The position numbers and the translations under genes are program-made. The notes beneath the pieces are model-generated. The model ran no database searches and was not told the DNA's origin. It was given only the letters and a program-made list of their open reading frames with translations. Positions 1-11,389 of a stretch of DNA of 64,000 nt are shown here, one piece after another. The DNA lies in assembly GCA_964252035.1 (NCBI GenBank), contig OZ176209.1, one strand, 5' to 3'. Numbering within the stretch: the stretch's first letter is position 1; every line of letters begins with the position of its first letter. This DNA comes from Podarcis erhardii (Eukaryota).

Positions 1-25
1 ATTTCAGTCTCTTTAACTTGCATTT
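1..25 (-). other. Candidate alternative exon truncated by the window start
   Basis: Branch-like ccctgAt (A at 53), pyrimidine tract and acceptor cctttacaag|AAATGCAAGTTAAAGAGACTGAAAT. The donor is not visible. Confidence 0.45.
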
Positions 26-2959
26 CTTGTAAAGGAATAAAACAGAGCGGAATCAGGGTGTGAAAAGGGAATGGTGTAACATTTATTAATCAAATTTGAG
101 AAAGAAAATGAAAACTAAGCATGCCGACATTTGGAACTAAAAACAACCAGCAAAATCACCACGTTCAGACTGATATTGGCTAGTTCTATCTATCCCAGCA
201 TTCTCTTGGGACAGCAGTTTGCCCTAGACTCTACCACAAGCTTGGTGAAGTACACAGCCTCAATAACTAGAGCGTGCAGCCACAAAGACCTGCTATTACG
301 GAAACAGTCAGTCACCACTGGAGTTAACATTGCATACCTTAAACAAGTCCCATATACACCCCAAAATAAATAAATCCCCACCCTAACCCCAACCCACACC
401 ACAAATGTTAATAATTATAACAAGCAATAACCCATCTGTTATATCAGAGAAGGGAACAGAGACTCCACTGAGAGATTTAGAGCGAGATCTTAACATTTCT
501 TCAGCTGACTGCACAACAAATGGAGGGGAAAGGAAAAATAATTCATTGGAAAAATGAAGTTTAAAAGGTTGATGTGTATTTTCTGGTAAGCATGCACTTA
601 TGCAGAGGTGAAATTGTTAATACAAAATGACAGGTGTGTACGTGTGAATGACTGCATCAGTGTTGATGCAAAAGACTGCAAATCCTTACTATGGGTGTGT
701 TGAAAGAGCTGGGATTAAATGAATCTCTAACATGCTCCTCAATGAAAAGGAAGGAGCATGTACAAGTAGCTGTTTGTGTTGATGGTGCTTGCTTGAAATT
801 TAGCAGGTCATAATGCAACAAGGGGGGGAAAATGTAATGAACTTATTTCTCCAGACCATAGGAATGTTTTAGATGTGTGTCTGTGAAACAGACGTGTAAA
901 ATCCTGGTGCAAGATTCTTCATGCAGCAGGACTTTCTGGACTTTTGAACTACTCTGAAGTTATCTGAAATTCCTTAGAGCACGCATAGGGGACCCTGCAA
1001 AAATCACCCTCCTACAATTATGGCATGTCCACAGCTCTCCCAGAAGAGGCCTGCTAACTAGATCACATAGGATTATCCTGTTCTTCCCACCTCCTACCCT
1101 CAAGTATTATTTTACACTTCTCTGCAGCTACTCACAAATAACCCTAATCATCACAGGACAGCCTTAAAAGCAATATTGAGTGTTCTTTTCAACCAGTGAA
1201 AGGGACAGATCATGACCAGCTGTTCTATATTTCTCTGCAGCTGGCCAGTAATGAGCATATGCTTAAAATTATTTAATCTCAATTTCTAGGTGATTTGTGC
1301 CAAATCCTCCAAATTTCAATTAGGTAAAGGACATTGACCGCATTGTCATCACCTTCAAAACCAATTGAGTTTAACTGTGAGCATGCGATGCCAGATTCCT
1401 TTCTGCCATAAACAAAGCCTCTATCGTAAAGAGGAAGCAAGGCAGGGGAGGGAAGCAATGTGGTAGTGGCTGCTTAATGAGCAAATGTACAGTAAAGGAA
1501 AGGCTCTTCACATTGTATGGCTATCTGCTTCAGCATGAGGTCATATAAATGAGAGCAGAAAGGACAGGTGCTGCTTTAGCAAAGTGGGAAGCTGTCTTTA
1601 ATTATGCTTTCCCATCCCATGTATACATAAGGAGCCCTACAAACTTGGGTTGTAGGGTTCTCATCTATCAGTCACATGGGATATCCTGAGCAATGTGGCA
1701 GAAATACACCAAGCTCAATTATTCTGCTTTCTGGAGGGCAACTGAAAAAGCAGGAATATAAACTACAGCTCAGCAACCAAAGGCATAACGAAACATCTCT
1801 CTGGATTTTTGAGTACCCCCCACAAAACAGCTGTGGTTTCAGTACCTTTTTAAAGCAATACAAACACTAGTTCAGCCAAACCAAAGTTTCAGTGAATACT
1901 GAAACTATTATAGGGGCTTTTGGGTACAGGCATAACTTTGCTATGTTAACTTTTTACACCTCTTCACTTTACAAGAAAATGATGCAATCGTTTATTTTAT
2001 CAATATGCAAAGAAGCTTTTAAGTTGAAGAATTGTCTGATATGAACACAAGGACCATGCTTTTACACACACATACTTCTTGTGATTATTCTTGCAGTGTG
2101 AACCCTTAAGGCCTAGTATAAACTACATGGCTCCAGAGTTGATCACACACTGATATTCATGACATTGTAGAGAAACGCACACAAACCACAACCATGATCC
2201 AAAATATGATTCCTGCTCCTCTCTCCTCTTGTCATGTCTTACTGTACCCTCAAGACAATGATGCTATAAGAATTTTGCAGATACTGGTGCTTTAAGGTTT
2301 TGGCATACTTGAGCACCATCTTCTAGTTCCTTTTTTGTTTTCAAATAACAGTCATAGATTCCTTGCAATGTCAAAGCTGCACATAATACATTCTTTCTTC
2401 CATGTGCACAGTCATGACCATTCCAGAGTTATGTGCCCATGTGGAAAAAAAATATAATGTGTGAACTGGAGGTCACACCATCTGCATACGACAGCAGCAA
2501 TTCCTATGAATGTAGCAGTAGTGGGTGGGGCAACCTATTGTGACCACAGGAATTGCCTATGAGCTGTCAGGGCATAACTTGGGAAAGCTGAGACTGCTTT
2601 TGTGGAGAAAAACACTGAGTGTAAACTAGCTTAAGCCATGTTCAGATACAGCGTTTCACCTCCTCTGGGACACTTAATCCCATTTATAAGTTTTTAGGGA
2701 GTTTCAGAAATGTATTTACAGCTGGGTAGTGGTGGTATCTTTCCTGACAAACCAGAGCCATAGCATCAAAATCTTAAGATGACAACAATACTCTGTAACA
2801 CAACATAAATGTGAGACTAAGTGAACTAGAGACAATTACTCAGAGTAAGCAGCAAAGGACATTTACTGGAATTCTATTATGTGAACCAGCTTCTTGTCTC
2901 TAGGGCGCCATCAGGACACCACTTATGCAGTTGACAGTTGCCAAATCTCAGAAAATAAC

Positions 2960-3107
2960 NNNNNNNNNNNNNNNNNNNNNNNNNNNNNNNNNNNNNNNNN
3001 NNNNNNNNNNNNNNNNNNNNNNNNNNNNNNNNNNNNNNNNNNNNNNNNNNNNNNNNNNNNNNNNNNNNNNNNNNNNNNNNNNNNNNNNNNNNNNNNNNNN
3101 NNNNNNN
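2960..3107. other. Sequence gap (148 N)
   Basis: Run of N. Confidence 0.99.
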
Positions 3108-3545
3108 TCAAATTCCAAGTGTCTACTTCCAAACTAATTAACAGATAATAGAATGGGATCTAACCAATGTCCAGGTTTTCTTGCAAAACAGTCAGCAGGT
3201 ATGCCCTGTATAAAGCATGATTATAGAACAGAAAAAAAAGAATAAAAATGTGCTTCTGCTGTACTGGCTGTGTATGAGTGACAAATCAAGGAACTTGCCT
3301 CGTTGCTAGCCTTCTACTTTGGTTTAGGAAAGTTGCCCTATTTGTTATGAATGTATGGTTTGTGCAGCACTGAGATGTACTGGAGTTTTGATCACATGCT
3401 CACAAATGTATGTTGGCCTTTAAAAAAAAAGACTCTGTTCCCATCTCTAATTTGATGTTGGAACTGTTAGTATTAATTCAAGGTTGTTGTTTTTTCACTG
3501 CAATCCACAATCTGATTGGTTGGCAGGTCACACTGGCACTCCTAC

Positions 3546-3588
3546 CTGAGGTATTTTAGCGCTAATGATTGGTTCCTGTAAGACTATT
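3546..3588 (-). CDS. RBFOX2: RBFOX2 alternative exon M43 (muscle type), IVLQEPIISAKIPQ
   Basis: Acceptor gttctgttatag|A and donor CCTCAG|gtagg. Exactly 43 nt and restores frame from phase 2. Confidence 0.93.
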
Positions 3589-5756
3589 CTATAACAGAAC
3601 ACAGGAAGAGCAGTTCAAAAACACAGCTGTGGAAGGAAACAATCACACAAAAAGCCCAAAGGGCTTACCAGCCTTTTCTTTCCAGAGGATGCAAGCACGC
3701 TTTTCATGTATACGGTTGGTCTTTTAAGTCAGCTGCTCTAGCAAAGTAAACCAATGCTAATGGAAGCTGTTAGTTCTTAAACCTATCTTCTGCACCCTGG
3801 GGCTAGTTACCTGCATTTTTAATGCCAGAAAGCAATAAACCTTGTGGGAAAGCCTTTATCATGAAAACAAAGTAGCTAAGCAGGATGATTGCCTCAGAGG
3901 AAAAAAAGGGAGAGGAGAACAGAAAAAAGGACAGTAAAATTTGGGAACAGAATGAGAAGCCAGTTTTCTCTATTTGCTCTTCTCTGCCTTTGTTATCATT
4001 CCCTCTCTTCCTTCTTCAGTTTGTTGCCACCATCTAAACTTCACGGAGGTGACTTTGCAGTCCAGTAGGTTTCCTTCACTACCTTCCTAGAACAGCTACA
4101 CAACACTGATACCCTCGTCATTCCCCTTACAAGAGCTATTTTCCCAGGGGCAGAAAAATGAATAGCTAGCAAGTTGTTACAAGTAAACAGCACTCGTTTT
4201 GATTCATGCCAATTAAGACAGCAGAAAGCAGATTGCTCAGAAGATATGACTGAGATGTAGCCATACATTTCAGTTCAGCTGGCAATGAAAAGCAATGGAA
4301 AAAGCTTGGTTAATCTACCTTGAGAGACTTCATTTACTCTACGTCTGTTCTCTTCCTCAACCCCACAAAAGTATGGAATCTACATTGTCTATAGCTAAAT
4401 GACCCATCAATGCCATTTCAGGCCTCAGCGATATTTCAGTGCCAAGGGTACTATGCAATAAAAAGAGGTGTGCAGATTCTATATACTACTAAAATAGCTG
4501 CCTGCCAAAAACAAGTCAGGTTGGGGGGGGAAACCTTTCAACAAGAGTGGGGAAATTACCACACCTGACACCTTTCTTGTCATTCGCATCTCTGGCTGTG
4601 CAAGGGATGATGCTAAGCAAAAGATGCTATTCATTTGCTTGTCTCCTCACTGCATGACTAGTATCCAGCTGTCTCCTCTGTATGTGACAGCAATTTAGGA
4701 GTGCTAGTGGAAACCCAGGGTCATCCTTTTGAATTTCTGCACAAATTACATATAACAGAATCTGGCCAAAGTAGGAAGCAATGCATACATAAGATCCACA
4801 AGTAAGTGATGCCTGCATTGAGCTGAAATATCACCATCAAAATAGGATTTTCTATGTTTAGCCAAAGTGTATCACACTTGCTGTAGCTAGCCTACACAGG
4901 GCAAATGTCACCTTATGAAGTTGACCAGAAGCAGCTGAAGGCTGCCCCATCCATACATTTAAACAATGACATGATTTTAAAAATGAGGCTATTTTCTTTA
5001 GTAGGAAAAATACGACATTTTCCTGTCCTAAATACAAGGTCTCCGTGACATCAAAGCTGTACATCTGCTGCCACTATTCAAATTAATACAAATTGGGTGA
5101 TACTGGGCTAAGTTTTATTGTCAGCAGATGCATATGGGGAGATTATTTTAACTTCTCTTATAAAGTGAGTGAGAGAGAAAGCACGCCCCTAGTTAATCTG
5201 CTTATGAGCCAGTTATCTTTAAGCTTTGCCTGAGATGGACATGTAAATCAGAGTCCAAGAAATTCTGTGGATCAGGCTGGCTTCTTGAATCACATGGGAA
5301 TGCAAGACATCACATAGGTAATGAAAAGTTTCAAGAGGTACAGTAGGATGACAACCTTTTACCTAACACTTTTGCTCAGGAGAACTACAGAGAACTAACT
5401 ATGGGCCAGAATGTACCATTATATTCAGGGAATGAAGGAGCAATGTGCTACCTTTAAGTTACCCTGATACTGGTCAAGGGAAAACATTTTCGAAGAAGGC
5501 TTAGCATTCACATTTCTACACTGCGTAGGCTTTGTAAACCTTGAGGTCTCTAGGCTCCCTACATCAATAAATCCTTCGAAAGGTCCCAAGAGGGGAATGT
5601 AAAGAAGTGATGGAAAGGAAAGATCTGAGGCCAAATCAATCCTGTTATCTATTCATTTTTTATTTTAGGGTTGAAATTACGCCAATCGGAGATGCACAGA
5701 CAAGAAGTTTTAATTTGGTAATCATCTCTCAGGTTGATTAGCAGCATATACCGTAC

Positions 5757-5811
5757 CTGTGTGAAGAGGACACTCAACCTTGTAAATTGACCCTGGCAAC
5801 GGTTAGAAAGC
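5757..5811 (-). CDS. Candidate alternative exon, 55 nt (G-LSNRCQGQFTRLSVLFTQ), with an internal acceptor giving 36 nt
   Basis: cctgctgtgcctctag|GCTT...ACACAG|gtacgg. Open in the phase-2 frame of the upstream 133-nt exon and ends in phase 0, like B40/M43. Confidence 0.45.
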
Positions 5812-6010
5812 CTAGAGGCACAGCAGGTCTTGCGCCCAGGGGCAAGTGCAGTGACAGAGAAACATGCTTGCATTCTTAAATATATAAATGTATATATCCA
5901 CAAGGAAGAAGAAAATCAAAGTAAATTATATTTGAAAAACGAACTAAAAACATCAACAATAACAATAACACAAAAAACAAAAAAAGGCTGGCTTATCAGG
6001 GGGGTTGGGG

Positions 6011-6185
6011 NNNNNNNNNNNNNNNNNNNNNNNNNNNNNNNNNNNNNNNNNNNNNNNNNNNNNNNNNNNNNNNNNNNNNNNNNNNNNNNNNNNNNNNNNN
6101 NNNNNNNNNNNNNNNNNNNNNNNNNNNNNNNNNNNNNNNNNNNNNNNNNNNNNNNNNNNNNNNNNNNNNNNNNNNNNNNNNNNNN
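6011..6185. other. Sequence gap (175 N) at the expected position of exon B40
   Basis: Run of N between the 133-nt exon and M43. I found no B40 (VVYQDGFYGADLY-like) match in the readable sequence. Confidence 0.95.
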
Positions 6186-9100
6186 CAGGCAGGTGATGTA
6201 TGAAACCATAACCTGGGCTTTCGGGCAGGAGCATATCAGCAAGAGATTGTGTGTGCGCACGCACGCTAGACAGCTCCATGTCATCCTCCACAGCATGCAG
6301 GCGGGCAGGGCAGAAGGGGAGACAGTATGCAAAGGGGGGATGGGGAAAGAACAATCCTTGTATCGTCATACAAAATAGTGTGTCGTCTTTCTTTTCTTTT
6401 TAAAGGACCCAGTGCCCTGAAGATGAGAAACACGACTTGAGAAACCTTGCTTCTAGCTGGTAACCTGGACCAGGGTTTTAGTTAACCCTCTAAAACACAT
6501 GGACAAACTGGCTTCATGTAATGGGCTTCAGATAGTACCAACAAGTTCTTTAGGAGGAGTTCATCAAGGGCTGGAGTCCACCTAGGTCAGAAGCACACCA
6601 AAAGTTGCGTATAATTATGCATCTTGCACCTTGTGCGATCACTTTCTGATATCCATACATCACCTGTTATATACCCTGTACATTAGACATGCGAAAAGAT
6701 TTGGCTGATCACACAAGCATGCAAAGTACTTTAAAAGTACTGATTTAACACCTTAGGGCAGGGGGGAAATCCAAATAAATAAACTCTTGATCCAGGCAGG
6801 CACAGCTACATGTAACCAAGAAAGAAATACCCACAATGCATTGCTTTCAAAAGCGGAGATAATTAGGTGGCTGATCTATGGTCCAAAAAATAAGGGGAAT
6901 CCCTGATAGTAACGACACATTCCAGAGCAGAGAGCAGCACCTGGAGAGTTTAGGTGAACAGAAGTTCTCATCTAACAGCCACTAATTAGTTTCTCCCAGC
7001 ACCTCCAGAAGCGAAAAACCGGAGACTTGAAAGGCCCAACACCTACTGCAATGTTTCATAGTATAAAGCACTTTGCTTTGGTAGGGAAGGGGACCAGGGG
7101 AGGACAAGGAAAGAAAAGAGGGTTTGCCACAGCCCTGGTTATGAATGCATGCTTTAGCATTGCACAGCTTTCTCCTGCTTTGTTCCTTTGGATAAGCTGT
7201 ATGCTAAATCACTCATATTAAAAAGCATTAGTTCTCCATATATGAGATCCTTGGGTGCATGTCTCTGGCTTACCAGTTAATGTTATCACAGGCTAGGAGG
7301 AAGGAGGCAGTGTTACTTGTAATTTTTTCCATATGCCGACTGGAGTACAAAATGATGCCAAGATTCTCCCACTCTGATCACAACATACCCACCTACAGGA
7401 AGTTACAAACAACAAGGCCAGTATAGCTTGACTGTAAGTCTGCCTTATGATCATCAGGCTTCTACAGTGATGAAAGTTTAAGTGATCAGGTGGTATCCAG
7501 TCTCATTATGGTCATAATCCATTCCCTATGGACAAAGTGACACTTTGATCTACAAAAACACAGCTGATGTGGACAAGCAGGCTTGATGACACTAACTTAA
7601 CAAAGAAAGTAACACTGATTTGGCAACGAGAAGAAGGCCACTACAAGGAAGAAAATCAGGGGCCTTTCACTGCTGGGTTGAGTTTATCAGCTCCATCTTG
7701 TTAACAAAGTATGTTTATGATTATTTCAACGACACCTTGTATAAGAATGAGTTGCCGAGAATCTAGTGGTTTGCTAAATTTCAACAGTTTACCAGATGGA
7801 TAAAAACACTCAGCTCTTATAAAGGTTCATTTTAAAACACTTGGGGGAGGGGATAAAAGTTATGTACTATCTAGCAGCAAGTGATTATGCCCTCAGAAAA
7901 AGAAACTTATTTGCTTCACTAACAAAGCTGTCTCTCCCTCCCTGGCCTAGTATACTGAGACAAATTGTACCATCAAAAATTCTCTTTTCTCTACCAGAAG
8001 GAACCAAAACTCTTTCTTTGTCATCTGATGTACAGGAGTTTCCTGATGACAACCATGACAGAAGGTGAGTTATTGGTCAATTTTACAAAATTAACTAGTA
8101 CAGTTATGGGCAGTTTGAGGGAGCAGCTTGCTTACTATTGTCTTTCCCCAACTAGTGTATAATTTAACATCACTTGAATAGATACAGTTCTATCTATCTA
8201 TATTCTGAGACCCATTTTGGCTTGGAACTCTGACACTACGCTGGATTTAAATGTTCAATTTAAATCTTATTGAGATCTTGAATATGTTCTCCCATGTTCT
8301 ATCAGGGACAGCATCTTTTCTAGGAACATTCTAGCCGTTACTATCAGGGATAACAACAAGCATAGCAAACGACCTACACATGAATCAGTGCAAGAGGGAT
8401 ACTACAGGATTAATTCATGGGGGAAATATCAGAGGACTGCTCTAGAAATTCTTCCTGTACAGATCAAGAAGGATGCTCCACACAGGTACTTGCTACTAAT
8501 GAGAGTGGAACAGTAAGCAAGTTATAATTATACCATCTCCTATTGTAAAAGAAATGAAAATCTGGCAACTGCATATTGCTTCTCTTAACTCATTTTAAAT
8601 TCCGGGCACAGCAATCCAATCTTGTTAGTTATTAAGATGTTCCAACTGAACTACCATGACCCAGAGCATTCCTATATATCACTATGACAGCAGACCAGGA
8701 ATGGAGAACTTTTTTCTGCTGAGGTCCATGTTTCCTCAGTTATAATCTATGCTAGTAGCAGGCAGTGCCAAAGCCAAGGTCAAAAGAAGGCAGACTCCCC
8801 ATTTTTCCTACTTCCATTCCCAGTGTTTCCCTTCCGTGCCACTGGCCAAGTTACATGCATTTTATGCAGCTGCAATTGCCCACCTCTGCAGCAGGCGATT
8901 TGGTATATAACTGCTCCCAGTCAGAGGAAGAGAGGAACAGGCTCTAACTTGCCCTGTCTAGGTGGTTTCTCTTCCTGCTCAAGTTTCCTTTGAGAAGGAT
9001 TTTAATCTGTGAAAGATGCTTGGAGAACAGCATTACAGACAAAGCAGCCTCCTCGGGGTGCAAAGTGAAATCTTACAACAAAAATGTCTGAGCTTCTGGC

Positions 9101-9851
9101 ATCCTGTCAAGGCTAACAAAACCAACAACTTTTATTTCAAAGGTGCAGGCTGCTTTACTTTTTAAATAATAGAGCCGCTGGTTGCTACAGATTCATTATC
9201 ACACTATGGGAAATAACCAAAGGCCAAGGAAGTAAGGCCACACATTAAGACACACTTTGTATCAATGCTTTTCGTTTTGCTTTTTAAAAACTGGACTTTA
9301 TACACTTTTCAGCCCTTCCTTTATCCTATCTTAAAAATAAGATTTGATAGATCTCTATTTTAACTCTTCTCAAAATGTCTCCAACCAAGAAAGCAAATCC
9401 ATTGTGGGTAACTGAATGTCTCTTCTGTGTCCCGTTTCCAGGAAGAATACCATGAAACTGAGAAGCAATGCTTGCCACTCCTGGATAACAACGATACTGG
9501 ACTTTTAGAGTGCAGAAGCTGCCTCACTCCAGACTCTACACCCTTTCCTTAACTCTTATAGGCATATTACTTTACCAATGCAGCCAAACTGCTACCACAT
9601 GATAGCGGAATTGACACGTTAAGATAAACAGCTGCCCTTCACTGATGCACCCCCAAAAGACGGTTAGTTTTTCCAGTCACATATGTTAAGATTTTGGACT
9701 TCCCTTTCCAGAGGCAATTGGGTGCAGAGTGCTCTGGTGTTGGCATATCCTGACTCTCCCCACCCATCATGTCTCATTTCACCCCCTCTTTAGGGGTTCA
9801 GCAGAACTCCCAGGTTCTGCGGAGAACTGTGTGTTGATTTCCAACCCTTAC

Positions 9852-9984
9852 CCTGGGTAAGCTGGGATGGCTGTTGGAGGTACTGCTCTCACTGCACCAT
9901 ACACTGTCCGCCCTCGGCCCCTCAGATGAGCTCCCCTGAATGCGGCTGCTGTGGTGGCTGCAGTTGGGTAAGGGAAGCCGGGAA
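9852..9984 (-). CDS. RBFOX2: RBFOX2 coding exon, 133 nt ([44 protein letters not shown])
   Basis: Acceptor tgtcttcacag|TT and donor CCAGG|gtaagg. Ends in phase 2. Confidence 0.98.
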
Positions 9985-11122
9985 CTGTGAAGACAGACAG
10001 ACAAGGAAAGATATGAGAAGGATCACCACGTCCGCCCAGTTAACCACAGCCATCTTTGACTAGAACGATACGCAACTCCAGAGCTGGAGAAATGTTTCGC
10101 ACCTGTCCTGCAAAGGAGCATGCTTTGAGCCCCAATGACATTGCATACCTCTTGCTACATCATGGCCTTGAAGGGGAGGCAGGGTTGCAGAGAGGCCTGG
10201 CATGCAAGGGATTAATGCTGTGTCATGCCTCATTCATCACAAACTGCAAACTGTTTTCCTCCTCCTCCACCCCATTTTAATAATGCCATGCAGTCTGGTT
10301 AGAAACAGTCTGAGAAGCACAGAGAGTTGCCACTTATACAGGCAGGTGACTCTTCCACATACTGGGGGCAGGCGGGCGGGCGGGCTGGCTTTAAAAGTCT
10401 GTTGTTATTATGAGCCTCTTAAACTGGTGGGCTGACAACGAGATTTTGTATGTGTGCATGTTTGTGTGTGTGTATTCTTCCCACACTCAATTTAAGTACA
10501 GAGAGGACCTAAGAATCTCCTGTAATGCAGCCCAAATTGATAGCGATGTGCCAGTTTACCAAGAGCCCACCTTCCGACATAGGTGACCATTAAGTGGTTT
10601 CGTATATATTGGGCCCTGTTTTATTACACTTCATGCTGGAGTAAACTGGCTCAGGGCAAAACATGTCTAAACCTCAGAAGGCAGCTGGGAACACAAGGCG
10701 ATGACAGATGATACCCAGAAGGCGCCAGTCAGTCACAAGGCACAAATCCAACCCAAGGTGCTTCCAGGCGCATGCCACAAGGGGGCCTGCGATGGACTCG
10801 CAGTTTAGTAGCTTGAATAATATGTACTTTGGAGTGCGGCCTGTTTCACTTCTTCAGTTCTAAAGCAATTGGTTCCTTCATGTACATTTCCTCCCTTATG
10901 ATTTACAGCACTCTTGTAACTTGGGCAAGCCCAGCCACAAGCAGGCTTGCAGGCGTGCTGCAAGATGGAAAGGGTCAAGACCACTGCCCAGAGAAGTGCT
11001 GTCACTTTCTAACAAAGCCCATCCTTTCAAGTACATATTATACAGACTGAAAATAAGAGGGCTAACAGATCACTGTTTACTCAAGCACAGTAACAATACA
11101 GGGGCCAATAGGGGCTACTTAC

Positions 11123-11215
11123 TGATTAAAGGAATGTAAGTGTTAATACCCCCCCTTCCTGACAGGGGCACTGCAGCGTCATTGCCCAGCGAGACATCTG
11201 CTTGAAAACTGGATG
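11123..11215 (-). CDS. RBFOX2: RBFOX2 coding exon, 93 nt (A-SSFQADVSLGNDAAVPLSGRGGINTYIPLI)
   Basis: Acceptor aaattag|CA and donor ATCA|gtaagt. Separated from the previous exon by a 120-nt intron. Confidence 0.96.
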
Positions 11216-11335
11216 CTAATTTAGTTTTAAAAAGAATAAAAAATGTAAAAAGGTTATAAAGAAACAGCAGTTTGAGAACACAAACAAACACCACTGCAGT
11301 TAAATAGCAGAAAGAGACGCATCAACGTTTTCTAC

Positions 11336-11389
11336 CTGCATATAATTCAGGGCCATACACTGCTCCAACCACAGGGCTCAGCTTCCAAC
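11336..11389 (-). CDS. RBFOX2: RBFOX2 coding exon, 54 nt (G-WKLSPVVGAVYGPELYA-A)
   Basis: Acceptor ttctttcag|GT and donor GCAG|gtaga. Phase 1-1. Confidence 0.97.

Noticed and set aside
5830-6378. Longest ORFs in the track (182 aa, and others spanning N-gaps)
   Set aside because: They are open only because N codons cannot be stops, and show no protein similarity I recognise.
9985-10000. 12-nt SLPLV extension known from some mammalian RBFOX2 isoforms
   Set aside because: There is no AG 12 nt upstream of 9984 and I saw no matching microexon. I cannot verify the mammalian origin of this extension, so no claim of loss is made.
10774-10788. CTCF-like gccacaagggggcct
   Set aside because: A single match with two mismatches to the core, which cannot be supported without ChIP or conservation data.
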